A stretch of 63,827 nucleotides of DNA, counting the filler, from Folioceros fuciformis (Eukaryota): the NCBI GenBank assembly GCA_049999805.1. It is 22 parts of 22 records of this genome, joined end to end, with 100 filler letters (N's around TTAATTAATTAA, not from the genome) between each part and the next. Parts side by side here need not be neighbours in the genome. Positions count along the whole stretch, not along the records: positions 23,677 to 28,191 come from JBNGIO010000434.1; positions 28,292 to 29,323 come from JBNGIO010000435.1; positions 29,424 to 30,426 come from JBNGIO010000436.1; positions 30,527 to 33,198 come from JBNGIO010000437.1; positions 33,299 to 34,983 come from JBNGIO010000438.1; positions 35,084 to 36,764 come from JBNGIO010000439.1; 16 more parts are not named here. The stretch is one strand, 5' to 3'. Made by a program: the position numbers and the translations under genes. How positions within the stretch are numbered: position 1 is the first letter of the stretch; every line of letters starts with the position of its first letter. Below the pieces are notes generated by a model. That model did not search any database and was not told where the DNA came from. It was given only the letters and a program-made list of their open reading frames with translations. Below, piece after piece: positions 23,766 through 35,799 of the stretch.

Positions 23766-24750
23766 ACCAGCCAAGGGCAAAGATTCAGGCGCTGAAGGAA
23801 CAGCAGGAGTCGCTCCTAGCTCAGGTGAGGGAAGCCCATGGAAATAACTTGGAGATGCAACAAGAGGTAGCCAGGGCACAGGAGCAGGAAACTGCCTCGG
23901 TGGAGCAGGCCCAAAAGCTGGCTGACAGGTACAAGTGAGAACGGGACGAGGCCAGAGAACGGGTGAAGGGGAAGGGCAAGACCCAGCGAGGTAGCCAAGC
24001 GACAACGGAGGTAGCCAAAGGGGCTACCGGTAGAGGAGAGACAACACCGGTAGCGGAAGCCCCGACCCCGATAGCTGAAGAAGTGGTAGTGGAGGCACCT
24101 GCGACCCAACGTTCTGGAAGGGCGACTCGTGCCGGAAGGACTAAGCAGGGTGGAGCGGCAGCTGGAGGAATGGAGGAACCTCTAGCACCCTAGGAGAACA
24201 AAGGGCAAGCAGCCCGAAGTAGCCCAAGGGAGGAAGGGGTAAGCACTTCCTTTGCAACAGAGGGTCGGATTGTACTGCAGTATGAGGAGGAGGCCTATTA
24301 TGTGCCAGGCCTCTATGTGGAAGAAGCCCGAGTACTGAAAGTGTTTTTATATGTGCGTATGGGCTTAGGAGGGACGCGGGGCTACGGCCTGCAACTAAGG
24401 ACCCGCAGGGGGTCCTACTACTACCACTGGAGGGTGTGGGGACTGCCTCACTACTATTCCGAGGCAATCTTGGTGGAGCTGACTGACAAGGAGGCACAGC
24501 AGTGGGTTGAGCGGGAGCCTGTCCTCATTCTCAGCAATCGGCGACGAAGGGAGGAGAGGAGTCCCCTATGACGGGACCCACCTGCGCTGCCGCCAGCGAG
24601 GTCCAGCAGTAGCAGCAGTGAGGTGGAGGTCCTCTTGGAGGATGTGCCTGACCAACGGCGGGGTAGGAGGGCTAGAGGCGGGCTAGTGAGGGGAGGAGCG
24701 CGACGGCCAGGAGGAAGGCGACTGCGGCGAGGAGAGAGGCGATAAGTAAT
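23766..24750 (+). mobile_element. Degraded coiled-coil accessory ORF region of a retroelement
   Basis: EQQESLLAQVREAH matches EQQESLLAQVRVAH in the minus-strand ORF at ~38800; several stops. Confidence 0.55.
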
Positions 24751-24836
24751 TGCATCCTAGGATAGATCTTAGGTTGCTTCTGCTTGGACCAAAGCCGCTC
24801 AGAAATTAAGAGCATTGACTGACCCCTGACAGACTT

Positions 24837-26406
24837 TATGGTGGAAAGAACCCGCCACTAGCATGTACCAGCCCGACATTCCATCCTTGCGGAAGCTTAG
24901 CGATGGCCGTTGTTGGACAGGGAGGTCCAAGCAAGCGAGCACACGTAGTGTTCTGAGGGTGTGGTATGGTGGCTGCTCCGTGATGAAGGTTTCGGGGACG
25001 AATCAAGAGGAGGAGCCTCACCGAGTGGGAGCTGCGCTCCCTAGCTATCCCCGTTACTGTAGCGTAGGGTGGTGAGAGCGAAGGAGGCCGAATCCACAAG
25101 TTCGGAGCGGGAGTGGCAAACCCTCCCCTTAGCCTCTAGCGATTCCACCATTTCCCCCCAAACACAGAGAAGAGCAAGAGGCCCTAGGTGAGCGAGAGGG
25201 AGACGAAGAGTCGAGTAAGTGAGTAGTGAACTAGAGGAAATTGTGAGTGAGCGGCGAAAGAGAGTCGGTGTGTGTGTGTGTGTGAAATGTGAAGGTGGGC
25301 CTGAGTTGCTGGTGTCACGAGAATTGGGTGTGTGAAAATGAGGTCGCGGATGTAAGCAACGATGGAGTGACCGGAGTGCTAGGGAAGCTGAGAGACTGAA
25401 GGGCTGGCGTGCATTTGAGTTGCGGGTAAGTGCCTGGGATTTGAGAGCAAGTCGGTATGTAGATGTGACTGATGTGAGGAGGTGAGGTGTGAGTGGGATG
25501 TGGGCGTCTGTCTGACCTGAGGATCTTGACTGAAGTGGGTGAGTAAGGAAAGGGTTGCGGAGTCTGGACGGAGGGGACTATGTGACAATGAGGTGAATCT
25601 GGTGGGAGTAGGTCCTGAGTGAGTCTGCGCGTGTGTGGGGTGCCTGGAGTGGATCCCGGCAAGTGTTTTGTGTGTAAGCCGGGCCGTTGGTGGGTCGTGA
25701 GTCGCAGACTGTGAGCGGAAGTGAGTGAGGGTAACGGTGTGCACTGAGGGGGCAAGCGCGGCGACGTGTGAGAGGGACGGAGTGCCTGATCGCGGCCGTG
25801 GGTGAGCGCGCGTCAGTGAATGGAGTCCCTTATGGAAACCAGCCATGGTGCGAGTGGGTGGTGTTGCTTGAGGTGAGGCTGTGTAGTCGTAATCGACGGG
25901 GGTAGTGTAAAGTCTCGGAACACTGAGTAAGTCCTAGGTGAAACCGGAAGGATAGGCCACATCCAGAGTTAGAAAGAGGGGAGAGAGAGAAAAGGAAGTG
26001 TGAGAGAGAGAGAGAGTGGGGCCACCGAGGTAGCGGGGTCCACGACCGTCGTACAGTGACAACTGAGGTAGTTGAGAGCGGAGGTAGTCGAAGGGCCCTG
26101 GAGTAGCCGAGAGTCGGTAGTCGAAGAGACCACCCTGGTAGCTAAGTAGGTCTGACAAGTAACCTAGGGTCAAGGTAGCTCAATCGTAACGGAGGTAGCT
26201 GAGTCTCGACGGGGTAGAGGTAGTTGAACAACAGGTAGATAAGCAGAAGGTAGATAAAAACTGACCTTGGGTAGTAGCTGATTTTGTGAAGAAACCTATG
26301 TTATTTGACACAAATCATTCCCTTGGGATCGAATCCCAATACTATAACGACAAAGAGGGTTTGTGTGGACCTCGTAGCATCCCCGGGTGCAATATTTTCC
26401 CCCACA
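24837..26406 (+). mobile_element. Ty3/Gypsy 5' LTR, family A (~1.6 kb)
   Basis: Ends ccccaca immediately before the PBS; homologous ends at 690-792, 43258 and 44469. The 5' boundary is approximate. Confidence 0.75.
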
Positions 26407-26409
26407 TTT

Positions 26410-26427
26410 TGGTGCCGTTGCCGGGGA
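26410..26427 (+). promoter_or_regulatory. Primer binding site, tRNA-Asp type (Athila/Tat-like)
   Basis: TGGTGCCGTTGCCGGGGA, 3 nt after the LTR terminal CA. Confidence 0.85.
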
Positions 26428-26515
26428 ATGAATCGATGTTAGAAACGTAGGTAGGAGTGACTAATAGCTGAGTAGGAAGACTGGATAGAGGGTCTAGGTA
26501 GTCGTGGGTTGATGG

Positions 26516-28123
26516 ATGCCTCATGAAAGGATCAGCAATTCGGAGTCGGACTTGGGAGAGCCACCGTCGGAGAGGCAACAGGGCCAGGCAGCGGAGAGGC
26601 TACAGAGAGTTGCTCGAAGGATGCAGAAGGAGCATGTGTCTGCTGTGCGGAGGAGAGAGCCGAGGAGTCCAGCCGTCGCAGAAAGGCAACCTTCGCCTGA
26701 ACCAATTGAGGAGGAAGAGGTATTTGAGGTTGGGTATTCCCACCTACGTCCAGTAGCAGTGGTTGCGACTCAGCCTAGCCAACCTGGTCCAGTTGTTATC
26801 CAGACAAATTTCGTGGGATCTGAAGTTGGTACGGTACGGGTTTGGTAGTCGTAGTAATTACCCCGGTAGTTGTAAGCACCACAGCGGTAGCCATGAGCAC
26901 TACCCCAGTCGCCGTGACCACTAAACAGTCCTACCCGCTGTATGGAGAGAAGAAAGGGTATGAGGATCCTGACGATTTTGTGGAGCATTTTGAGCCGCTG
27001 ACAATTTTGAACCAAGAGGCGGACGACGCGCAACGTGTGTAGTTGTTCTATGAAGTTCTCTGAGGAGCCGCAACTAAATGGTACAAACGAGAATACCTCA
27101 AGACGGCCACACCACCAGCTACCTTCGACGCGCTTAAGAGAGCCTTTTGCGAAAGATTTCAAGGAGTGGACGTGGAAGGCTATGTTCTGTCCAAACTAGA
27201 GCGGCTGCGACGGAGACAAAGGGAGACACTGCAAGCTTATGTGGAGAGATTCCACAGTCTGCGAGACCGAGCGGGACCCCATTCGGAGCTGATGGCCATC
27301 CAATGGTTTGCAAGAGGCCTGGGGTCAGCGATGGGAAGACATGTTCGCCTACAAGCGGAGAAGGACCTAGAGAGGGCAATACAAGTGGCACTGAACTACG
27401 AGGAGTCTAACACCGAGGTGAAGAAGGAGTCACGCAAGGAGGAAAAATGGAGTCGCGATGGGAGAAAGAAGAATTCGATGGGAAAGAAGAAGTACTCCTC
27501 TACCTCGGAGAATGACTTGTCAGAAGGAGGAGACTCCTCTAGTGCTTTATCAAACAGCTCGACAGCCGAGGACTCACCTAGCTTAGAGGAAGACTCGTTT
27601 GAAGATGAGAGGAGGTGAAGGAAAAATAACAGAAGTATCAGTCAGAAGTATCAGACCAAGAGCAAGGAGTCGGGGAAGACCAAGCCGGACTCTACAAGCG
27701 CGAGGAGGGGAGCTGAATAGGTAAGAAAGGAGGTGGAGTTGGCAGCCAAAAAGGTCGAGCAGCAAGGAACCAAAATGGAGGAGATGTTGGCCAAATTGGA
27801 GAAGTTGCAGATCAACACTATGAAAGACCATGAGAGGCGGAGGGTCGCGATGGGAGGAAGAGCTAACCTCTTCTGCTTGACTTGTGGGCAGCAAGGCCAC
27901 TCAAGGGTGAGTTGTCCACAGGTAAAGGTGCAGCTGATGGAATACGAGGAGGGGGAGGAGGAAACATACTTGGAGGACACCTACCAAATCCAAGAGGCGA
28001 CGCCTATAGTGGGGTACCTAAAGACATCCTATCCCCCACACCTGCGAAACAGTGCACCTATGGGAATGAGGACCCAAGCAGCCAGGAAGCCAGGACAGCT
28101 AACTATGATCCAATGTTACCATT
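26516..28123 (+). mobile_element. Ty3/Gypsy gag (stops and frameshift), interrupted by LTR C at 28124
   Basis: EDPDDFVEHFE...L*GAATKWY...TFDALKRAFCERF...ETLQAYVERF; Zn knuckle CLTCGQQGHSRVSC. Confidence 0.85.
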
Positions 28124-28291
28124 TGTGAACCTCCAAAGTTTGGGGTAGTAGTTTGTTTTGGTTGAAAAAGGGTTAATAGTGGTATGGTTTGNNNNNNNNN
28201 NNNNNNNNNNNNNNNNNNNNNNNNNNNNNNNNNNNTTAATTAATTAANNNNNNNNNNNNNNNNNNNNNNNNNNNNNNNNNNNNNNNNNNNN

Positions 28292-29323
28292 TTCTAAATA
28301 ACTAAGCTATAAGTATTATAGCGTACGTAGATTAGATTAAGTTAATTACTTAGAGATTACTTCTAACTACTATATAAGCTTTATATTTATTAAAGTATCT
28401 ATTTTAATTAAGCTTATACTTAAATATTTACTTTATAGGTAAGAAATAATTTTCTACTTCTAATAGATTAATTTCCTTCTAGGTATCTATAGTAAGTAGT
28501 ATATTTATTTTCTTCTATACTACTTACTTAAAGAGTAAGCTATATAAATATATATAGAGATCTTTCTACTTATTTAGTTCTAGTAGAAAATTATCTCTAT
28601 AAAGGTAATATTAATATTATTTTAAAGAAGTTTATAGAAGTTTTTTATAAGTAATTACTATAGCTATTATAGTATTTACTATAATTAGCTACTTATTTAG
28701 ATTCTAAGCTTTAAGCTTAAAGAAAATATTATTTAAAAAGCTATTCTACTACTTACTTATTAGTTTATATAGTAGTAAGTATACTTTTAAGCTATTAGTA
28801 CTTTTAAGATTATTATAGTTATTACTACTATTAAAATCTAGGTCTTAATTATAGATTCTCTTACTTAAGTAAGTAAGTAGTCTCTATACTTACTATACGT
28901 AAAATTCTTAAGAAGCTATATATACTACTTTATCTAGAGCTATAGAAGCTTTAGTACTAGATTAAAAGATAGGCTATTAAGTATTCTATACTTCTATAAT
29001 TAAGCCTATTATAAAGCTTATTTCTTTAGCTAAGTATACTTTCTAGAAGCTACTAGCTTACTTAATTATTCTATTTTCTAGTTTAGGTATTTACTTAGAA
29101 GTTTAAAGACTTATTATCTTTTATTATTTTACTTAGATTTCTAATAGCTTACTAGCTAAGCTTACTATCTATATAGAAGCTAATACTTACTTAATAAAAT
29201 TACTTAGTTAGCTAACTTAGTAATTTATCTTACTAGTACTTTTACTCTCTAACTTATACTTAGAGTATAATAATTAATTAATATTACTAGTCTAATTATA
29301 TATAGTAATAGAAAGCTTATTAT
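28292..29323. other. RIP-mutated AT-rich contig (fungal)
   Basis: No CA or TG dinucleotide found by eye, with a very large TA excess; no ORFs. Confidence 0.85.
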
Positions 29324-29427
29324 NNNNNNNNNNNNNNNNNNNNNNNNNNNNNNNNNNNNNNNNNNNNTTAATTAATTAANNNNNNNNNNNNNNNNNNNNN
29401 NNNNNNNNNNNNNNNNNNNNNNNTGGT

Positions 29428-30426
29428 CTACCTCACGCCCATGAGTGTCCGAGCTTGTGCGAATTGCTCCAAAGAGAGCCCGTTGGTAAGAACATCTGCA
29501 GGGTTCTGACTGGTGTGAACTTTGACAAGTTGTACCCTCTTGTCTTCCAACACCTCTCGAATGAAGTGATACTTTACTTCCACATGTTTGGTCTTCGCAT
29601 GAAACACTGGATTCTTCGCCAATTGGATAACACTCTGGCTATCACAATGTAACACTGGCAGCTTAACCTTGATTCCCAAATCTCCCACTAACCGAGCAAG
29701 CCACATGGCTTCCTTGCATGCCTCAGTCGCTGCAACATACTCGACCTCTGTGGTAAATAACGTTATGCACAATTGCAAACGCGATCGCCATGAGACTGCC
29801 CCTCCAGTGCACATGAAGACATAACCTGATGTGGACCTTCTTTTGTCCATATGCCCTGCATAATCAGCATCCGTATATCCCACGACATATGCATCTTCAC
29901 TACCAAAACATATGCACAAAGCTTTGTGTACCATTCAAGTACCTCATAACTCCTTTCACTGCCTCCCAATGCTTCCTGCCAGGGTCTGACATAAACCTGT
30001 TAACCACTCCCACTACAAACGCAATGTTAGGACGCGTAGCAATCATTGCATACATCAAACTCCCCACAACTAATGAGTATGGAACCTTCTCCATTTCAGC
30101 TTTGTCCTCCATAGAACTTGGGCAATCCTTTCTCGACAGTTTCACATATGGAGGCAACGGAGTACTCAATATCTTCCCTTCTCCATATTGAAACGTTGAA
30201 GCACCTTGTTAATGTATTCAATCTGAGACAAGTAAAGCAAACGCTTCTGTCTGTCTCGACGAATACGCATGCCAAGAATATGGCTTGCCTCTCCCAAGTC
30301 TATCATGTCACAGCGAGCATTTAATTTTGACTTCAATGCTGAAATCTCATCATTATTAGTCCCAACAATTAGCATATCATCCACATAGAGGACTAGAATG
30401 AGCAAGCTTCCATCCTTAGCTTGCTT
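29428..30426 (-). mobile_element. Ty1/Copia RT-RNase H, frameshifted
   Basis: LYVDDML, GSLMYAMIATRP, GYTDADYAG, RSTSGY, CDSQS, TKHVEVKYHFIRE. Confidence 0.95.
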
Positions 30427-30784
30427 NNNNNNNNNNNNNNNNNNNNNNNNNNNNNNNNNNNNNNNNNNNNTTAATTAATTAANNNNNNNNNNNNNNNNNN
30501 NNNNNNNNNNNNNNNNNNNNNNNNNNGAGCTGCCAACGGCGAGCTCAAGCTCACCGTGCTGCGCTCCTAGGCTTTACTCTCCCCAAAGTTTCTTTTCCTG
30601 CAGCATTGTCATGAGGGCGCAAAAGAGCTTTCCATACTTGACTTGGCTCAGAATGCCAAAAGATAGCAGGAGCTAACTAGGCTTGGTACTTACACGCCAA
30701 GAACAACGCCAGAACTAAAACTAATAGGAGCTTACAAGAACTAACCACGGCTAACTGGGCTTAGCACGACGGAGCGCCAAGAGC

Positions 30785-32902
30785 TATAGGCGTCACCTCA
30801 TTAAGCGGTCTATAGTCACCACACATCCTCTTTTCAGTCCAATTACCATGCACATCCTTCTTTGGTGGGAGCACCGTAGTTGCTACATACTCTGATTCCG
30901 AAGATCTTATCAATCCAGCTTCAAGCAACTCTTGACATTTCTTGTCCACAATCTCATTCTCCAATTTACTCAAACAGTATGGCCTTCTAAAAACTGCTAC
31001 TTCCCAAAATCTTTACAAAATCCTCCCTATCCTCCAAGGTTATCTCATCAGAAATATCCCATTGAAAATCCATACACTCTTATTTCTCACAGACGTTAAC
31101 CTCACAGCTTGAGCTAGCCACATTCCCAGCTTTTCTTTCCGCGTCTTCCACCTTTGCCCCATATCTCATTTGCTTGCTCTACTTGCAGTCATCACCTAAA
31201 ACCTCATCATGCTCTCTCATTCTCTTAGTCTCCCCCCCAGCGTCTAGGCCTTCATCTCTTCCTACTTCACCTAAACTATGTCCTTCCAACCTTGTGCTTA
31301 AAATAACTTTCCACTTTCTCTTCCACTCCTGATAAACTTTTATAGACATCATAAGCCATCTGACTGTATTCAAATCCATAGCTTGTCCAAGTTTTTTATT
31401 CCTCTGCTCAAATGTTATACCCTCCACTTGAGTAGCATTTGTATCAAAACCCATCGCCCTCTCTCTCTCCATGGGAGATGGCACATCCCACACTTTCCTC
31501 TTCGTATCAAATATCATCCCAAGCCCTTCCCCTTTAAATGCATTGGCGCCCTCAAAACTTACAAATGTTAGTAACGCCCTCCTGAGTTCCCCCTTTTTAT
31601 TTACACAATAAAAGGGTTGTTCATCATCTGAAGTCACCTGCCTACTCACTCGCCCCTCATCTAATATTTGATCAACTATTAAATCATCATCCATTTGCCA
31701 CTGACTCAAAAGCATGTGCAACAAATGCCTAGGCATCATGTTATTCCAAAAACAGCGATGCCTGTGAGCCCTAGATCCAAACTGCACTGCATCCAACTTT
31801 ATAGGTTCACCCAAATAATACTTGATCTCCTCAAAATCTCGCCTCAACGCTACTCTTCTATCCATTTGGGAATCCACATTCTCAATAAAAGAACCACATT
31901 CTTTCTTTTGATGCTTTTGCACCAAATTCAAAATCCTAATCAGCTCATAAAATAACACCGACCTATAATCCAACAAGCCTTTTCCCTTGCCTACCATTGA
32001 ATGCCCTTAACATTCCCAGCCAGCTATTATCAGATCAACTTCTTCTTCCACTTGAAATTGTACCAATCCAATAAGCCTAACATCTTGCGGCCAAACACAA
32101 AACGCTTGCTTCACAGCTTCAACCTTTAATTGCTCAAGATACTTTTTGCATAATTTAAACACCCTTGCCTTCGCAATTGCCTGACAAACTTCATCTGGAT
32201 CACAATAAATGTAACGTCTGATCACATACCTAGCAGCCAACACAACCTCCAGACCAGATGCAATCCCAGCAAATAACTCAACCACAACCAATCCATACCC
32301 AGACGAACTCAATGTCACAAGTTTATTACACACAGGTTCAAGTTTACAAACTGCTTCCTTTGTACAAAACTGAATTTTATCATCTAGCTGAAACTCAGTC
32401 TGTCGTTTTTCAAGCTCTCTAAAAATTTCAGCTAATGCTCTACAAACATTTTCTCTCATTGTGATCTCCTCTACTCTATTATGACTATATTCCTTTAAAC
32501 ATAACTTATCCATATGACGCTCCCCCCACAACTTATCATCTTCATCTTCTTCCCCCTGCTCATTCCAAGAAGTCGTCATGTTTACTACACACGCATCTTG
32601 CATGTCCTCCTGTAATTGCAACTTAAGTGGAATTGTTGCTGCTCTCATTCCTTCACCTTGTCGCCACCCTGGACGATAGAAAAACTCCTATGTCCATAAG
32701 TCTACTCCTCCTCCATGCATGAATAAAGCCTCTATCCCTCAAATAACATCAAAATTTCCAGACTTGACAATCAAACATTTCATATCAATCGCTGTCTCTT
32801 CTTCTGTCCCATGCTTGAAACATAACTGCAATTTCTCTTTAGTTTCCCCTATAACTGCCTCCAGGCCTCCATTGGCCATCCTAATCTTCCATCTTGTCTC
32901 CT
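30785..32902 (-). mobile_element. Ty3/Gypsy pol fragment: protease - C5 DNA methyltransferase - reverse transcriptase N-terminus (decayed)
   Basis: Protease IRMANG...FDVI*GIEAL...GGGVD; DNMT motifs I-X in the same frame; then, after a frameshift, RRPYCLS...ELLEAGLIRSSESEY...KKD...RMCGDYRPLNEVT. Confidence 0.9.
31345..32292 (-). pseudogene. DNMT3-like C5 cytosine DNA methyltransferase domain inside Gypsy pol
   Basis: I VELFAGIASG; II YIYCD; III QDV; IV DLIIAGWEC*GHS; V GLLDYRSVLF; VI FIENV; VII LDA; VIII AHRHRCFWNN; IX PMERERAMGF; X RNKKLGQAM. One in-frame stop at 32007-32009. Confidence 0.9.
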
Positions 32903-33298
32903 TGTGAACGAAAAAAACTTTCGGAACCCCCATTTTGAGCGACGGAATGAGCAGGTTGTGATTTTTTTTGTGAAGGGACATGCAAATCGGCTTAGTAGGT
33001 GAATAAGACCAGGGTGTTTATACCCAAAGTCCCCCTTGGGCTTCGGGGTTTGGGGTGTACTGGAAACCGGGACAAGGAGGGGGAATGAGCGAGTGCCTCC
33101 TTGGCCCTCGGGTCATTGAGAACATTAAGGACCAGGTCTGTAGGTAGGTGAGTGGGGTATGTCCTTGGCCTTTGGTGGTCCGGGACCCCTTAGGTCTCNN
33201 NNNNNNNNNNNNNNNNNNNNNNNNNNNNNNNNNNNNNNNNNNTTAATTAATTAANNNNNNNNNNNNNNNNNNNNNNNNNNNNNNNNNNNNNNNNNNNN

Positions 33299-33984
33299 AG
33301 GATGTCAGGCATGTTCCGAAGTTGACCAAAAGCATGATTAGCGCAGGGCAGTTGGATGACGCTGGCTACCACTGTTGGTTTGGAGATCGTTCTTGGAAGA
33401 TCTCCAAAGGTTCTCTTGTGATAGCTCGTGGATCGAAGTGTGGCACTTTGTACTCACTTCAGGTAACCACTGTCAAGGATCATGTGATTTGTGTAGCGGA
33501 ACAGCCAAGTGTTTCCTTGTGGCATAGTCGGTTAGGACATATGTCTCAGAAAGGAATGAAGATCTTATCTCGTTTTGGTTATGTCCCTGCTCTTGACTTC
33601 TCCGATTTCTCCGTGTGTGAGCACTGTTTATATGGAAAACAGACGAAGTCACCACATGGAGCAAGAGGTAAACACAAAAGTAAACCTCTTGAATTGGTTC
33701 ACAGTGACATTTGTGGACCTATGCCCACTGTGTCGTTAGGCGGTGCATCTTATTTTGTCACTTTCATTGATGACTTCTCACGCAAGGTGTGGGTTTATCC
33801 TTTGAGGAAAAAGGATGATGTTCTGACAGTGTTTCAGAAATTCGTCACCCTTGTGGAGAATTAGTCTGGCCTCCAGCTGAAGTGTCTAAGGACAGACAAC
33901 GGGGGAGAGTATGTCTCGAAGGCTTTCCAGTCATTTTGTGATTCCAAGGGAATCAAGAGAGAATTGACTGCACCGTATACTCCT
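33299..33984 (+). mobile_element. Ty1/Copia GAG-pre-integrase and integrase fragment
   Basis: LWHSRLGHMS...CEHC, LELVHSDICGP, YFVTFIDDFSRKVWVY, LRTDNGGEY, ELTAPYTP. Confidence 0.95.
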
Positions 33985-34356
33985 TGTAGGATCACTAGAG
34001 GAGCATGGTGGAGGAGAGGAGAAGAGGAGGCAGAGAGGAGAGGAGAAAAAGAGGTCACATTGAGAGTAGTTGGCAAGGGAGCTCAAGGGTGTATTTATAC
34101 CCTCTAGAAGAGCTCCCTAGGAAGCTTCACAAGAAGCTCAAAGGAAGCTGCGCAAGAAGCTTCCTACAGATTAGCTTAAGCTAATCTAAACTAATGATAC
34201 TTAACTAGACACTAATCTTAGACTAAACACATTAGTCTAAGCACATTAAGTAGACACTAATCTTAGACTAAACACATTAGCCTAAGGACATTAAGTAGAC
34301 ACTAATCTTGGACTAAACACATTAGCCTAAGCACATTGGGCTTTAATAACCCTACA
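33985..34356 (-). mobile_element. Copia LTR with an internal tandem triplication
   Basis: TGTAGG...CCTACA termini; same family as 1634-1902; tagacactaatcttagactaaacacattag repeated 3 times at ~34207-34335. Confidence 0.85.
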
Positions 34357-35799
34357 GTACATATCAGGTAGATTGTCCATACCCTCCAGGCCTTTCACAT
34401 AAGCATTGTCGCGGGTGACTTGCAATGCCTGCATAAAGCACAGAAGAGAGTGTGGGTTATAATTACTACCACCTGCAATCAGGACAACCCACAACAAGCA
34501 ACTACAATGTGGAGGGTACGGTTGCTTGCAAGGTGCAACAGTAAAAGGAAATTGCAGACAGCATGCCCAAACGCCACTACAATATTCTACTTGGCTAGGG
34601 CCATCGGAAGCAACAACTTGCAACGCACCCTATATGCATGAACGACAACGACAGCTCTACCCACACGGTGCAGCGATAAAATGCACTCCACGTCTGTAGT
34701 TACAATCACTGCACTCAAACTGCACCCACAATGCTGCACCACAATTTGCTAGTGCACCTCTGTTTACGAAGCACTCTCTTCAACTACTCGTTGCTTGGGA
34801 GGATCAGGAGCCGCGACCCTGCTCACCATCCCCGGTTTCCAGCTCTAGCCCATCCTCAACCCCTCGCCGCTAGAATGGCTGCAGGATCATACCCGCTGCT
34901 CCAGATTCTAGCCCGCTGATCCGTCTTCCTACTTTGCTGTCCGGCTTCCTCATCCTCGCTGCCCTTGCCGCCCGGGGCTAAGCNNNNNNNNNNNNNNNNN
35001 NNNNNNNNNNNNNNNNNNNNNNNNNNNTTAATTAATTAANNNNNNNNNNNNNNNNNNNNNNNNNNNNNNNNNNNNNNNNNNNNAGCTTATTGAGTTTGTA
35101 CTAATTAGTGGTAAGAGTGATTAAGGTTATGATTAATATATATAGCTTATTAGACTTTGTTATGTTAGGCAAAAAGGTATTGTAGGGTTTGGAGTCATTT
35201 ATCCCATATTGGGCACGAAATGAGAGTGCCACCCATAGGTCCATAAAAGAAGGGATGAACCCACCTAGTATTTGTAGTCTAACTCCCTCTTTACTTGTAT
35301 TGTGTTGTTTTTGTAATTCTCCTTTTATTTGAGTTTAAGAGCCTTGTTATAGTGCTCTTATTTTTGGGATTCTGCATCTTGTTTCAACTAACTTGTTTTA
35401 ACCTCTTTTAAGCATGGCGGGGGTGACATGGTCTGTTATTTGTTTCTCTCTATTCATCGCTTGGGTCCACACAATGTTCCTAATGCCTGATCTTTTGCAG
35501 GTTCGTATTGAATTGACCCAATGCAGAAAACACGTAGAAATAGATCCCAACAAAAATATATATTCTACCAATGGCAACCAAATATGTATCAACCTTGACC
35601 CTTTTTGTCTTTCTCTTCGTCCACTTCAAAAAAACGCTTGTATACGTTTCGTGCTCCTTTTTGCACATCTTCAAGAATTAGTACCTCAATTCTTTAAAAC
35701 CAGGCTTTCCAAGTGCATGTAAACATTGTTGCCGGAAACATATTTTGCTAAAAATAGGAACCTCCCAGCAATTTGCTTCTAGAACCTTAAACTCTTTTT

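Noticed and set aside
30763-30782. TGGCGCTCCGTCGTG on the minus strand as a possible PBS truncating the DNMT element RT
   Set aside because: I could not match it to a tRNA 3' end, and no LTR terminus precedes it.
31345-32292. Interpretation as a host DRM/DNMT3 gene or a bacterial restriction-modification methylase
   Set aside because: Motifs are not circularly permuted as in DRM, there are no introns, no cognate endonuclease is present, and the domain lies between Gypsy protease and RT, in frame with the protease.
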